A stretch of DNA of 41,630 nucleotides from Candidatus Woesearchaeota archaeon (GTDB taxonomy: Archaea > Nanobdellota > Nanobdellia > Woesearchaeales > ARS49), in NCBI GenBank assembly GCA_041599235.1, contig JBFHWZ010000003.1, positions 1 through 41,630 of the forward strand, read 5' to 3'. The notes under the pieces were generated by a model. It was not told the DNA's origin. It did not search any database and saw nothing but the letters and a program-made list of their open reading frames with translations. The translations under genes and the position numbers were made by a program. This document shows, piece after piece, positions 25,496 to 34,838 of the stretch. Each line of letters starts with the position of its first letter. Position 1 is the first letter of the stretch.

Positions 25496-25843
25496 TTATT
25501 CTTGGTTGAACTTGCTTATATACTTTGTCATGCCCTCTATCTGTCGTAGCTGCGTTTCTTTGAACAAAAATTCCCTGAACTGGTTGTCAATCGTAACGCC
25601 GTGCTTTTGCAGGTCTTGCCTGAGCCGTGCAAACAGTTCTTTGCCTTTTCTATCCAGGTCAGTGAGAATAACAACTGTTTTTGTTATGGCAGCCACTTCT
25701 TCTACTGTTGCATACAAGGGCTTTTTGAGGGTTATGATCTTCTTGAGCCCGAGCGCTTCGAGGGCCTGTTTATCTTTTAAGCCTTCGACAATAATATAGG
25801 GTTGTTCTTCAACAAGTTTGGCTATCCAATCATGCAAGTCCAT
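25496..25843 (-). CDS. Small stand-alone Toprim domain protein
   Basis: IIVEGLKD...VILTDLDRKG. Confidence 0.9.
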   Translation of the reverse strand: MDLHDWIAKLVEEQPYIIVEGLKDKQALEALGLKKIITLKKPLYATVEEVAAITKTVVILTDLDRKGKELFARLRQDLQKHGVTIDNQFREFLFKETQLRQIEGMTKYISKFNQE

Positions 25844-25894
25844 GGCCAGAGAAAGATTTTTTATACTCTTAAGGCTTTGCTTTCTTGGGGGACC

Positions 25895-27220
25895 ATGATT
25901 AGTCTAAGCACGTCATTGTTGTATTATAAACGCGAAGATATTTGCAAGGCTCTGGTGGCTACTGCCGAGGATAAAGAGATTGCGGTCAGGTTTAATGATC
26001 AGTTTGGCAAGCGTCCTGATGTGCTCAAATACCCCAAAGATGTTCTTGAGTTTGCAAAAAAAGGAGCAACCAGCTTCCATTGCAGTGAAGAGCTCTGGCA
26101 TAATCCCTTGCAGCTGGTGCCGGGCATGAAAAAAAAGGAAATGGACGAGCTGCGGAAGAGCTGGGATTTAGTGCTTGACATTGACTGCAAGGTCTTTGAG
26201 TACTCGCGCCTTGCTGCTGATTTGGTGGTTAAAGCACTGCAGCATCATGGGGTTAAGACAGTGAGCGTAAAGTTCAGCGGCAATAATGGGTTTCATATTG
26301 CTGTTCCTGCTGCTGCGTTTCCTGACACTGTTGCTGGGGAGAATATCAAGGACTTGTTTCCTGATGGGCCAAAGCGCATTGCCATGTACTTGCAGCACAT
26401 GATCAAGCCATATCTGGCACAGCAATTGCTCAGTATGGAAAAAATGACCAAGCTGCTTGAGCGCACAGGCAAAAAGTACAGCGATGTGGTCAAAAACAAT
26501 GAATTTAATCCGTTTGAAATCGTCGATATTGATACTGTTCTCATTAATTCGCGCCATTTATACCGCATGGCATATTCCTTGAATGAAAAATCTGGCTTGG
26601 CAAGCATCCCTCTTGAGCCAGAAGCAATACGGACCTTTGATAAAAGCAAGGCGCAGCCGCAGAAAGTGAAAGTCACCTTGGGGTATCTTGACCAGCAGCC
26701 TGTTCCTGGCGAAGCAACCAAGCTCTTGGTGCAAGCGCTTGATTTTAAGATTCCGCAAGAGCAGTCGCAGAACATACGCGAGAAAAAAGAGTTTGAAATT
26801 CCTGAGCAAGCCATTGGCACTGAGTTTTTCCCTGCCTGCATTAAGAAGATACTGCAGGGCTTGCCTGACGGTAAAAAGCGCGCAGTGTTTGTCTTGATTA
26901 ATTTTCTCAGCAGTGTTGGCTGGGAGTATGATGCCATAGAGGACTTGTTGCATGCCTGGAATGAAAAAAATGCTGAGCCGCTCAGGGAAGTATATATACA
27001 GGGCCAGTTGCGCTATCATAAGACTTCTCAGAAAAAGATTTTACCGCCGAATTGCGGCAATAAGGCCTATTATGCTGACTTGGGCATCAAGTGTGATGAA
27101 GCTGTTTGTTCACGCTGCAAAAATCCAGTAAATGCAGCCATCAAAAACCACAGGTTAAGTAGGTTAACAAAGAAACCCGTTAAGAAGGCTACGAAAAAGG
27201 ACTCGTCTGCTCAACAATAA
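25895..27220 (+). CDS. Fused archaeo-eukaryotic DNA primase (PriS catalytic domain plus PriL C-terminal Fe-S domain)
   Basis: WDLVLDID, KFSGNNGFH, RMAYSLNEKSG; then FPAC...DGKKR...PPNC...C...CxxCKNP; start at ATG 25895. Confidence 0.92.
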   Translation: MISLSTSLLYYKREDICKALVATAEDKEIAVRFNDQFGKRPDVLKYPKDVLEFAKKGATSFHCSEELWHNPLQLVPGMKKKEMDELRKSWDLVLDIDCKVFEYSRLAADLVVKALQHHGVKTVSVKFSGNNGFHIAVPAAAFPDTVAGENIKDLFPDGPKRIAMYLQHMIKPYLAQQLLSMEKMTKLLERTGKKYSDVVKNNEFNPFEIVDIDTVLINSRHLYRMAYSLNEKSGLASIPLEPEAIRTFDKSKAQPQKVKVTLGYLDQQPVPGEATKLLVQALDFKIPQEQSQNIREKKEFEIPEQAIGTEFFPACIKKILQGLPDGKKRAVFVLINFLSSVGWEYDAIEDLLHAWNEKNAEPLREVYIQGQLRYHKTSQKKILPPNCGNKAYYADLGIKCDEAVCSRCKNPVNAAIKNHRLSRLTKKPVKKATKKDSSAQQ

Positions 27221-27222
27221 GG

Positions 27223-27230
27223 TTTATAAA
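27223..27230 (+). promoter_or_regulatory. TATA box of the rpl3 superoperon
   Basis: AAGG-TTTATAAA. Confidence 0.75.
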
Positions 27231-27252
27231 GAAACCAGTGTTCTCAGTACAT

Positions 27253-27412
27253 AGCTGACTAGCCTGAAATGAAGTTTTTCAGTACACGTCAAGAAAGGGG
27301 AGGTGCGCCTAAACCTTTCGGACATTCTCGAAAACTTCACAAGGTCGTGTTGGGTGGATGCTGTACTAGGTACAGTATTCTAAAAAATCAGACTCATAGA
27401 TAGGGGTAGCTT
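27253..27412 (+). promoter_or_regulatory. ~160-nt structured 5' leader of the rpl3 operon
   Basis: Nested stems TGAAGTTTT/AAAACTTCA, GTC/GAC, GAAAGG/CCTTTC; 11-bp hairpin at 27356-27380. Confidence 0.6.
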
Positions 27413-28387
27413 ATGCCAACAATACGAAGTCCACGAAGGGGAAGTATGCAGAATTGGCCTAGACGAAGGGCTAACCGAATGCATGCACGCATCAGATCAT
27501 GGACGCCTGCAAAAGAAGCAAAACCGCTTGGCTTTGCTGGCTACAAAGCAGGCATGACCCACGTGTTGGTTAAGGACACCCGGCAAACCAGCGTTACTAA
27601 AAATGAAGAGATTCGCTGGCCAGTTACCGTGGTTGAGTGTCCGCCAATGAAAGTCATTGGTGCCATCTTCTACCACAATACCTACCTTGGCCGTAACGCG
27701 TTTTCTCAAATTCTTGCTGACAAAATCGACAAGGATGTTGCTCGTTCTCTGATTCTTCCCAAAAAAACAAAAAAATTCGATGATATCAAACATGATGCTG
27801 TTGTTGATGTGCGCTTGCTGGTGCACACGCAGCCACGAGGAACTGCTTTGGGCAAGAAAAAGCCAGAAGTGTTTGAGCTTGGTATTGGCGGTGAAGTAAA
27901 AGACAAGCTTGAGTATGCAAAAAAAGCATTAGGCACTGAAATCAAGGTTGAAGACGTGCTTGCTGCTGGTCAGCAAATGGACTCACATGCAATAACTACC
28001 GGACGCGGCTTCCAAGGACCAGTCAAGCGATTTGGCGTTTCATTACGATCACACAAAAGCGAAAAAACACGGCGTGGTCCAGGAAGTATTGGCCCGTGGC
28101 TAGGCACTGGATACTGGCGTGTTGGTAAAGCAGGCCAGACAGGCTTCCATCAGCGCGTTGAATACAACAAAATAATCCTGAAAGTAAGCAATGATCCTAA
28201 AGAAATAAACCCAAAAGGCGGCTTTTTGAAATATGGCAATGTCAAAGCACCCTATATATTGGTGAAAGGCTCATTAGGCGGCCCTAAAAAACGGTTAATC
28301 AAGCTGGTTAATCCTTTGCGGCCAAGCAAAAAAATAGCAAAAGAGGGGCTGGAAATAAGCTACACCAGCACAACCTCGCAACAATAA
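27413..28387 (+). CDS. rpl3: 50S ribosomal protein L3
   Basis: PRRGS, GFAGYKAGMTH, GFQGPVKRFG. Confidence 0.98.
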   Translation: MPTIRSPRRGSMQNWPRRRANRMHARIRSWTPAKEAKPLGFAGYKAGMTHVLVKDTRQTSVTKNEEIRWPVTVVECPPMKVIGAIFYHNTYLGRNAFSQILADKIDKDVARSLILPKKTKKFDDIKHDAVVDVRLLVHTQPRGTALGKKKPEVFELGIGGEVKDKLEYAKKALGTEIKVEDVLAAGQQMDSHAITTGRGFQGPVKRFGVSLRSHKSEKTRRGPGSIGPWLGTGYWRVGKAGQTGFHQRVEYNKIILKVSNDPKEINPKGGFLKYGNVKAPYILVKGSLGGPKKRLIKLVNPLRPSKKIAKEGLEISYTSTTSQQ

Positions 28388-28388
28388 C

Positions 28389-29195
28389 ATGCAAGTAAAA
28401 ATTTATTCAGCGGACAAGGCAGAAGTGGGGACAAAAAAGCTTCCTGCGCAATTCAGTGAGCCAGTGCGCTCTGATGTAATCAAGCGCGCAGTAGAAGCCA
28501 TTGACAGCCATAACCGGCAGCCCTATGGTGCGCATCCACGCGCAGGCCTGCACGTCTCTGCTGATGTTTCCAGACGAAGAAGGGAATACCGCGGCTCCTA
28601 TGGCCGAGGCATCAGTCGCGTTCCACGAAAAGTGCTGAGCAGAAGCGGCACGCAGTTCAATTGGGTTGGTGCGCAAGCACCAGGCATGGTTGGCGGACGA
28701 CGCGCGCATCCAGCTAAAGCAAGCAAGATCTGGAGCAGCAAAATAAATGACAAAGAGCGCAAAAAAGCCATCAGAAGCGCCTTGGCAGCAAGTGTTGATA
28801 AAAAAATTGTTGCTGAACGAGGCCATAAGCTGCCTGAAGGATACCCATTCCTGCTATCAAATGACTTTGAAGGTTTTGATAAAACCAAACTCATCCAGCA
28901 AGCGCTTACAAAACTGGGCTTAACTGACGAGCTCACAAGAAGCAGCCAAAAGAAAGTGCGCGCAGGCAAAGGCAAGCTGCGCGGCAGAAAATACAAGCGC
29001 CGTATTGGTCCGCTTATCGTCGTATCAGGCAAATGCAAACTGCTCGCTGCAGGAACAAACCTGCCTGGTGTTGATGTGATTGAAGTCAACAAGCTGAACG
29101 CACAGCTCTTGGCCCCTGGAAGCGAACCAGGACGCCTGACCTTACTTACTGACAGCGCAGTTGAGCGCTTAAGCAAGGAGAAATTATTCCTATGA
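28389..29195 (+). CDS. rpl4: 50S ribosomal protein L4
   Basis: GRGISRVPR, GGRRAHP, LLAPG. Confidence 0.98.
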   Translation: MQVKIYSADKAEVGTKKLPAQFSEPVRSDVIKRAVEAIDSHNRQPYGAHPRAGLHVSADVSRRRREYRGSYGRGISRVPRKVLSRSGTQFNWVGAQAPGMVGGRRAHPAKASKIWSSKINDKERKKAIRSALAASVDKKIVAERGHKLPEGYPFLLSNDFEGFDKTKLIQQALTKLGLTDELTRSSQKKVRAGKGKLRGRKYKRRIGPLIVVSGKCKLLAAGTNLPGVDVIEVNKLNAQLLAPGSEPGRLTLLTDSAVERLSKEKLFL

Positions 29196-29443
29196 AAGAC
29201 ATAATCAAATATCCACTATCAACAGAAAAAGCAATCAGGCTCATGGAGTCAGATAACAAACTCCTATTTGTGATTGCAAATGATGCTAACAAAGCTGCAG
29301 TCAAACAGGCTGTTGAAGAAGCCTTCAAAGCTAAAGTGTCAAAAGTCAATGTGCACCGCACCAAAGGCCAAAAGCGCGCCTATGTCACGTTCACCAAAGA
29401 AACACCTGCAATTGATATTGCAACCAACTTAGGATTGATGTAA
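29192..29443 (+). CDS. rpl23: 50S ribosomal protein L23
   Basis: PLSTEKA, NKLLFVI, KRAYV. Confidence 0.97.
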   Translation: MKDIIKYPLSTEKAIRLMESDNKLLFVIANDANKAAVKQAVEEAFKAKVSKVNVHRTKGQKRAYVTFTKETPAIDIATNLGLM

Positions 29444-30157
29444 ATGGGAAAGCCACTGATTCAACAGAAACGGGGAAAAGGAAGCGTCACCTACCGCAGT
29501 CCGAGCTTCAGGTTTAAGACAGATGCCAAACTCAAGCGGCTCAAACCCGAAGTAGTTGAAGGCACCATCATAAATTTTGTCAAATGCGCAGGCCATACTG
29601 CCCCCTTGGCAGAAGTTGAGTATGCTGATGGCGAGTTGTGCCTCATGCCTGCTCCAGAAGGGGTCAAGGTAGGCGATAAAGTGCAGGCAGGTCCGGGCGC
29701 AGACATCACCCCGGGCAGCATTGTTTCCTTGCGCGATGTTCCTGAAGGAACAACCATTTTCAACATCGAAAGCCAGCCAGGCGATGGCGGCAAGTTTTGC
29801 AGAAGCTCAGGACTGAGCGCCCGCATTGTCAGCAAAACTGAAACTGTTGCTGTTGTGCTGCTGCCATCAAAAAAGCAGCGCAGCTTTAACCTCAACTGTC
29901 GTGCAACAGTCGGCATCATTGCAGGCGGCGGCAGGCCAGAGAAGCCTTTCCTCAAAGCAGGTACGGTGTATCACAAGAAGCGGGCAAAGAACAAGCTCTA
30001 TCCACGCACCAGCGCTGCTAAGATGAATGCAGTTGATCATCCATTTGGTAACAAGCGAAGTTCACGAAAAGCAAAGCAAAAAGTTATGAGCAGATTTGCG
30101 CCGCCTGGTAGAAAGGCAGGTAAGTTTGCATCAAAGAAGACCGGTAAGAAGAAATAA
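29444..30157 (+). CDS. rpl2: 50S ribosomal protein L2
   Basis: MGK..IQQKRGKG, PGDGGK, MNAVDHPFG, PPGRKAG. Confidence 0.98.
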   Translation: MGKPLIQQKRGKGSVTYRSPSFRFKTDAKLKRLKPEVVEGTIINFVKCAGHTAPLAEVEYADGELCLMPAPEGVKVGDKVQAGPGADITPGSIVSLRDVPEGTTIFNIESQPGDGGKFCRSSGLSARIVSKTETVAVVLLPSKKQRSFNLNCRATVGIIAGGGRPEKPFLKAGTVYHKKRAKNKLYPRTSAAKMNAVDHPFGNKRSSRKAKQKVMSRFAPPGRKAGKFASKKTGKKK

Positions 30158-30537
30158 TGGCAAAAGAATTTTTGTGGCGAGGAAAAACACTGGAAGACAT
30201 CAAGAAGCTCAGCATCAATGAGTTCGCAAACCTGTTGCCTGCTCGGCAGCGCAGATCACTGAAGCGCGGTCTTACCGAGCAGCAGAAGATTTTACTTGAG
30301 CACCTGCGCAAAGGTAAAAGGGATCCAAAAACACATTGCAGAGATCTTATCATACTACCAGAAATGATTGGCAAAAAAATCAAAGTGCACAATGGCAAGG
30401 AGTATGTCATGCTCATCATAGCAGAAGACATGATAGGTCACCGCTTGGGCGAGTTTGCTCTGACCAGAAAACGCGTTGGTCACAGCGCCCCTGGTATTGG
30501 CGCTACCCGATCAAGTGCAGCACTTTCAGTGAGATAA
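30157..30537 (+). CDS. rps19: 30S ribosomal protein S19
   Basis: KTHCRD, MIGHRLGEF, APGIGATRSS. Confidence 0.98.
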   Translation: MAKEFLWRGKTLEDIKKLSINEFANLLPARQRRSLKRGLTEQQKILLEHLRKGKRDPKTHCRDLIILPEMIGKKIKVHNGKEYVMLIIAEDMIGHRLGEFALTRKRVGHSAPGIGATRSSAALSVR

Positions 30538-30541
30538 AACC

Positions 30542-31126
30542 ATGGCTTACAAATATTCATCACAGCTCGAAGGAGACACTGCCAAGGCAGTTGGTGTTTC
30601 ATTGCCTATCAGCACCAAGCAATCAGTGATGATTTGCAATATGGTGCGCGGCAAGAACGTGCAAACTGCTAAGAACGAGCTTGAGCAGGTTATGCAGGGC
30701 AAAAAAGCAGTGCCCTTCACCCGCTTTAACCGCGATACTGGCCACAAAGTGGGCATTGCAGGCGGCAGATTCCCGCAAAAAGCTTGCCAGAACATACTGG
30801 ACATAATCAAAAGCGCTGAAGCAAATGCGCAGTTCAAAGGCTTAAGCTCAAGCAACTTAGTTATTGCGCACATCAGCGCACAAGAAGGCCCGCACATCTG
30901 GCGCTTTGGCAGGCACCGTCGACGCCGCGCAAAGCGAACCCATGTTGAAGTGGTCCTCAAAGAAGTAAAAGCAGCAGAACAGCCAAAGAAGACAGTGAAA
31001 AAAGCCCCTGCCCAAAAAGCAGAGGTAAAAACCGAGCCAAAAAAAGCAGCTCCGAAGGCTGAGCCAAAACCTGCGCCCCAAAAGGAAGCAAAAGCTCCTG
31101 AGAAAAAAACTGAAGCGAAAAAATGA
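30542..31126 (+). CDS. rpl22: 50S ribosomal protein L22 with a Lys/Ala/Pro-rich tail
   Basis: ISTKQS, VPFTRFN, GRFPQKA, SAEANA. Confidence 0.97.
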   Translation: MAYKYSSQLEGDTAKAVGVSLPISTKQSVMICNMVRGKNVQTAKNELEQVMQGKKAVPFTRFNRDTGHKVGIAGGRFPQKACQNILDIIKSAEANAQFKGLSSSNLVIAHISAQEGPHIWRFGRHRRRRAKRTHVEVVLKEVKAAEQPKKTVKKAPAQKAEVKTEPKKAAPKAEPKPAPQKEAKAPEKKTEAKK

Positions 31127-31752
31127 TTGAACGAAAATTAGTCAAGGAACGGGTACGCGAGTATCAGGTACAGAAGTTCATTACTGATACGCTGAAGAAT
31201 GTTAGTCACAGCCATACCAAGCTGGTCAGGACTCCCTTGGGAGAAAAAATCATCATTTTTGCTTCACGCCCAGGCCTGATTGTTGGCCGCAAAGGCGAGA
31301 ACATCAAGAAACTCACCATCATGCTGAAAAAACGCTTCAAGTTCGAGAAGCCGCAAATAGAAATTGCAGAAGTTGACAATCCTAATCTGGATGCGCAAAT
31401 CATTGCTGAACGAATCGCGTCCACCTTGGAACGATTTGGTCTGCAACGGTTCAAAGGCGTTGGCCACAAGACCATGAATGATGTGATGAATTCAGGCGCA
31501 TTAGGCATTGAAATCGTCATGTCAGGGAAAATACCAAGCTCGCGCGCAAAAAGCTGGCGGTTTTACAATGGCTACCTGAAAAAATGCGGCGATATTGCGT
31601 TGACCGGCGTGCGGACAGCATTCTCAACAGCAAACCTCAAGACCGGTGCTGTTGGTATCAGAGTCAAAATCATGCCACCTGACTTGGAATTGCCTGACGA
31701 CATCAAGATCACTGACGCTCCAGAAGAACAACCTGTTGAGGAAGCACCATGA
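31123..31752 (+). CDS. rps3: 30S ribosomal protein S3
   Basis: RPGLIVGRKG KH domain, GIEIVMSGK, GIRVKIMPP. Confidence 0.98.
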   Translation: MIERKLVKERVREYQVQKFITDTLKNVSHSHTKLVRTPLGEKIIIFASRPGLIVGRKGENIKKLTIMLKKRFKFEKPQIEIAEVDNPNLDAQIIAERIASTLERFGLQRFKGVGHKTMNDVMNSGALGIEIVMSGKIPSSRAKSWRFYNGYLKKCGDIALTGVRTAFSTANLKTGAVGIRVKIMPPDLELPDDIKITDAPEEQPVEEAP

Positions 31753-31943
31753 AGTTCAAAGAATTGCAAAACATGCCCGTTCCTGAGCTCAAAGGTAAGC
31801 TGGCAGAACTACATACTGAACTGATCAAGGAGCGCGCGCAGGTTGCAACCGGCACGATTCCAAAAAATCCAAGCAAGATCAGTCAAACCAAAAAAACAAT
31901 AGCAAGGATCAAGATGATTCTTGCTCAGAAGGAGGCGCAGTAA
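31749..31943 (+). CDS. rpl29: 50S ribosomal protein L29
   Basis: KNPSKI...KKTIARI; position in the operon. Confidence 0.95.
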   Translation: MKFKELQNMPVPELKGKLAELHTELIKERAQVATGTIPKNPSKISQTKKTIARIKMILAQKEAQ

Positions 31944-31947
31944 ATAC

Positions 31948-32253
31948 ATGACCGTTTGTGTACGGTGTGGCTTGCCCACTGACCTTTGCGTGTGCGAAAG
32001 CATCGCAAAGGAAACCCAAAAAATCATCGTCAGCACCATAAAGCGGAAATTCGGCAAGGTGTACACGATAATTGAGGGTATTGACACCAAAGAAATCAAC
32101 CTTGATCAGGTTGCCAAGACCTTGAAGGCCAAGCTGGCCTGCGGCGGTACCGCAAAGGAAAACCGCGTCGAACTGCAAGGCGACCATAAGGCAAAAGTCA
32201 AGGAGCATTTGATTGGCATGGGCTTTGCGCCTGAAACAATCATCATCCAATAA
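31948..32253 (+). CDS. Translation initiation factor SUI1/aIF1
   Basis: CxxCGLP..LCVCE, LKAKLACGGT, ELQGDH; start at ATG 31948. Confidence 0.96.
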   Translation: MTVCVRCGLPTDLCVCESIAKETQKIIVSTIKRKFGKVYTIIEGIDTKEINLDQVAKTLKAKLACGGTAKENRVELQGDHKAKVKEHLIGMGFAPETIIIQ

Positions 32254-32270
32254 CACAGGGAACATAGAAA

Positions 32271-32657
32271 ATGGCAACATGCACTGACAAAAAATGCCCG
32301 CATCATGGCGGGTTGCGAACACGGGGCCGCAATTTTACCGGCACCATAGTAGGCACTCGAATGCAAAACACCGCAACAATCGAGTGGGAACGGCGTAGAT
32401 ACATCCCTAAATACGAGCGATACTTGAAGTTAAAGACAAAAGTCAAAGTGCACAACCCTGCATGCATTAATGCCAAGAAAGGGGATATTGTCAAAATCAC
32501 TGAATGTAAGCCACTGAGCAAAACCAAAAACTTTGTCATTGTAAGCAAAGTGGGCGAAGAGGCATTATTTGCTGAACGCGAAGCTAGCATGGAGCAGGCA
32601 AAAGTGAAGAAAAAGCCAAAGAAAGTCGAGGAGGCCAAAGAAGATGAAAGGACTTAA
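32271..32657 (+). CDS. rps17: 30S ribosomal protein S17 (uS17)
   Basis: CTDKKCPHHG, PKYERY, ECKPLSKTK. Confidence 0.97.
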   Translation: MATCTDKKCPHHGGLRTRGRNFTGTIVGTRMQNTATIEWERRRYIPKYERYLKLKTKVKVHNPACINAKKGDIVKITECKPLSKTKNFVIVSKVGEEALFAEREASMEQAKVKKKPKKVEEAKEDERT

Positions 32658-33045
32658 GGCAAATATCGGAAGGCCTCTTCCGCACGGAGCACGTATTTTG
32701 GCGTGCGATAATAGCGGAGCGCGCATTTTGAAGCTTATCAGCGTCTTTAATCTCAAAACAAAAAAAGGCCGCTATTCAGCAGCTGGTATTGGCGATAAGA
32801 TTATGGCCTCAGTTGTCGAGGGCAAACCAGACATGCGCAAGCAGGTCGTGACAGCAGTGATTGTCAGGCAGCGCAAAGAAATACATCGCCGTGACGGCAC
32901 GCGCGTCAAGTTTGAAGATAATGCTGCAGTCATCCTGAAAGATGAGCTGGGCAATCCAAAAGGCACCATGGTAAAGGGCCCTGTTGCCAAAGAAGCATGT
33001 GACCGCTGGCCTGCTATTGCAAAAATATCGAGCGTGATCGTATGA
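32644..33045 (+). CDS. rpl14: 50S ribosomal protein L14
   Basis: CDNSGA, AVIVRQRK, FEDNAAV. Confidence 0.98.
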   Translation: MKGLKANIGRPLPHGARILACDNSGARILKLISVFNLKTKKGRYSAAGIGDKIMASVVEGKPDMRKQVVTAVIVRQRKEIHRRDGTRVKFEDNAAVILKDELGNPKGTMVKGPVAKEACDRWPAIAKISSVIV

Positions 33046-33410
33046 GCTGGAGCAGATCCTGGAAAAGCAGCAAGCAACCGCGCAAGCAGCGCACCTATAC
33101 AGCGCAAGCGCCACTACACCGTAAAAGCAAGCTCCTCGGCAGTCATGTTTCAAAAGAACTCAAGGAAAAACACAAACTGCGCAGCATCAGGCTCATCAAA
33201 GGAGACAAAGTCAAAGTGCTCAGAGGAACCTTCAAAGGAAAAACAGGCAAGGTTGAGCGCGTTGACCTTGGAAAATCAAAAGCATACATCACCGGCATTG
33301 AATTTGTCAAGCGTGATGGCAGCAAAGCATTGTATCCTATTCACACATCAAATGTGCTTATTCAAGACTTAAACACCGGAGATAAGAAACGGCTCGGAGG
33401 ACAGAAATGA
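33042..33410 (+). CDS. rpl24: 50S ribosomal protein L24
   Basis: SKQPRKQR, APLH, KGDKVKVLRG KOW motif. Confidence 0.97.
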   Translation: MSWSRSWKSSKQPRKQRTYTAQAPLHRKSKLLGSHVSKELKEKHKLRSIRLIKGDKVKVLRGTFKGKTGKVERVDLGKSKAYITGIEFVKRDGSKALYPIHTSNVLIQDLNTGDKKRLGGQK

Positions 33411-34090
33411 AGCGACACTTGAAGCGCCACGTAACACCAGTAACCTGGCGAATACTGAAGAAAGAGCAAAAGTTTGTTGTCCGACCACATCCAGGACCGC
33501 ATACGCAGGAACTGAGCATGCCCTTGAACCGAGCACTGAAGCAGCTTAACCTTGCAGCCACAACCCAGGAAGTGAAAAAGCTGCTCAATACCAAAGAAGT
33601 ACTGGTTGACGGACGCAGAGTCACCGAGCACAAACTTCCCGTTGGCTTAATGGATACTATCACAGTCAAAGCAACCAACACAGCATATCGTGTTGTCTTG
33701 GATGCAAAAGGGTATCTCAAAATGATCCCTATCAAACCTGAAGAAGCGCAGGTTAAATTGTGCAGAATTAACAGAAAAACCATGGTGACCAAAGGCAAGC
33801 TCCAGTTAGGCACCAATGACAGCAGAACCATGCTGGTTGACAAAGACGAGTATAAGACTGGCGATAGCGTATTGCTTGAAGTGCCATCACAGAAGATCAA
33901 GAAACGTCTTGCCTTTGAAGCAGGCATGAAAGTGCTGTTGTTTGGCGGCAAGAACAAAGGAGAATACGGGATTATCAAGGACATTCAGGGCACTACCATT
34001 ACCTATGAAACAAAACAAGGACCAAAAGAGACCTTGAAAGCATACGCCTTTGTTGTTGGCAAGGGCAACGAGGAAGTTACACTCACATGA
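33407..34090 (+). CDS. rps4e: 30S ribosomal protein S4e
   Basis: HLKR, PGPH, VDG, PVGLMD. Confidence 0.96.
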   Translation: MKRHLKRHVTPVTWRILKKEQKFVVRPHPGPHTQELSMPLNRALKQLNLAATTQEVKKLLNTKEVLVDGRRVTEHKLPVGLMDTITVKATNTAYRVVLDAKGYLKMIPIKPEEAQVKLCRINRKTMVTKGKLQLGTNDSRTMLVDKDEYKTGDSVLLEVPSQKIKKRLAFEAGMKVLLFGGKNKGEYGIIKDIQGTTITYETKQGPKETLKAYAFVVGKGNEEVTLT

Positions 34091-34602
34091 ATAAAATGCA
34101 GCAGCTGCGGATTGAGAAAGTCACCTTGAACATAGGCGCTGGCAAAGATCAGACTAAACTTGAGAAAGGCATAGTGCTCATCAAGGCAATCACGGGCATT
34201 GAACCAGTGAAAACCATCACGCAGGCACGTATTCCCAGCTGGGGCCTCAGGCCAGGCCTGCCGATTGGCTGCAAGCTTACCTTGCGCAAGCAACCGGCAC
34301 TGGAAGTGCTCAAGCGATTGTTGCAAGCTAAAGAAAACAAGCTCAAGCCAACGCAATTTGATGCCTATGGCAACATCAGCTTTGGCATTCAAGAATATAT
34401 TGACATTCCTGGTGTTGAGTATGATCCAAAAATCGGCATCATGGGCTTGCAGGTCTGTGTCAGTTTGGAAAAGCCTGGCTATCGCATCAAGCGACGCAAG
34501 CTTAAGCAGAAAAAATTGCCGCGCAAGCACGCAGTGAATCGCGATGAAGCTATTACCTTCATGAAAACTCAATTCAAAATCGCAGTAGGTGAAGCTGAAT
34601 GA
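34087..34602 (+). CDS. rpl5: 50S ribosomal protein L5
   Basis: IEKVTLNIG, IGCKLTLR, GNISFGIQEYID, YDPKIGI. Confidence 0.98.
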   Translation: MNKMQQLRIEKVTLNIGAGKDQTKLEKGIVLIKAITGIEPVKTITQARIPSWGLRPGLPIGCKLTLRKQPALEVLKRLLQAKENKLKPTQFDAYGNISFGIQEYIDIPGVEYDPKIGIMGLQVCVSLEKPGYRIKRRKLKQKKLPRKHAVNRDEAITFMKTQFKIAVGEAE

Positions 34603-34829
34603 CCATAAGCGACTGGAGAAAAATGTTCAAGCAGTTAAAGAACAAACCGCAGAAGCTCAAGAAGTACATTAAGCATAATGCACCTAAGGAACGCAAGACT
34701 GGTATGCGCACCACTGCCTGTGAAAACTGCGGGCGCTATGATGGGCATATCAGCAAATATGGCCTGAATATGTGCAGGCATTGTTTCAGAGAAATGGCAC
34801 CGAAAATCGGATTCAAGAAGTATAGTTAG
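34599..34829 (+). CDS. rps14: 30S ribosomal protein S14 (Zn-type)
   Basis: CENCG...KYGLNMCRHCFRE...GFKKY. Confidence 0.96.
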   Translation: MTISDWRKMFKQLKNKPQKLKKYIKHNAPKERKTGMRTTACENCGRYDGHISKYGLNMCRHCFREMAPKIGFKKYS

Positions 34830-34838
34830 GGGGAACAG

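Noticed and set aside
27250-27410. 5S rRNA or SRP RNA in the primase-rpl3 gap
   Set aside because: No recognisable 5S motifs or SRP helix-8 motif, and too short for archaeal SRP RNA
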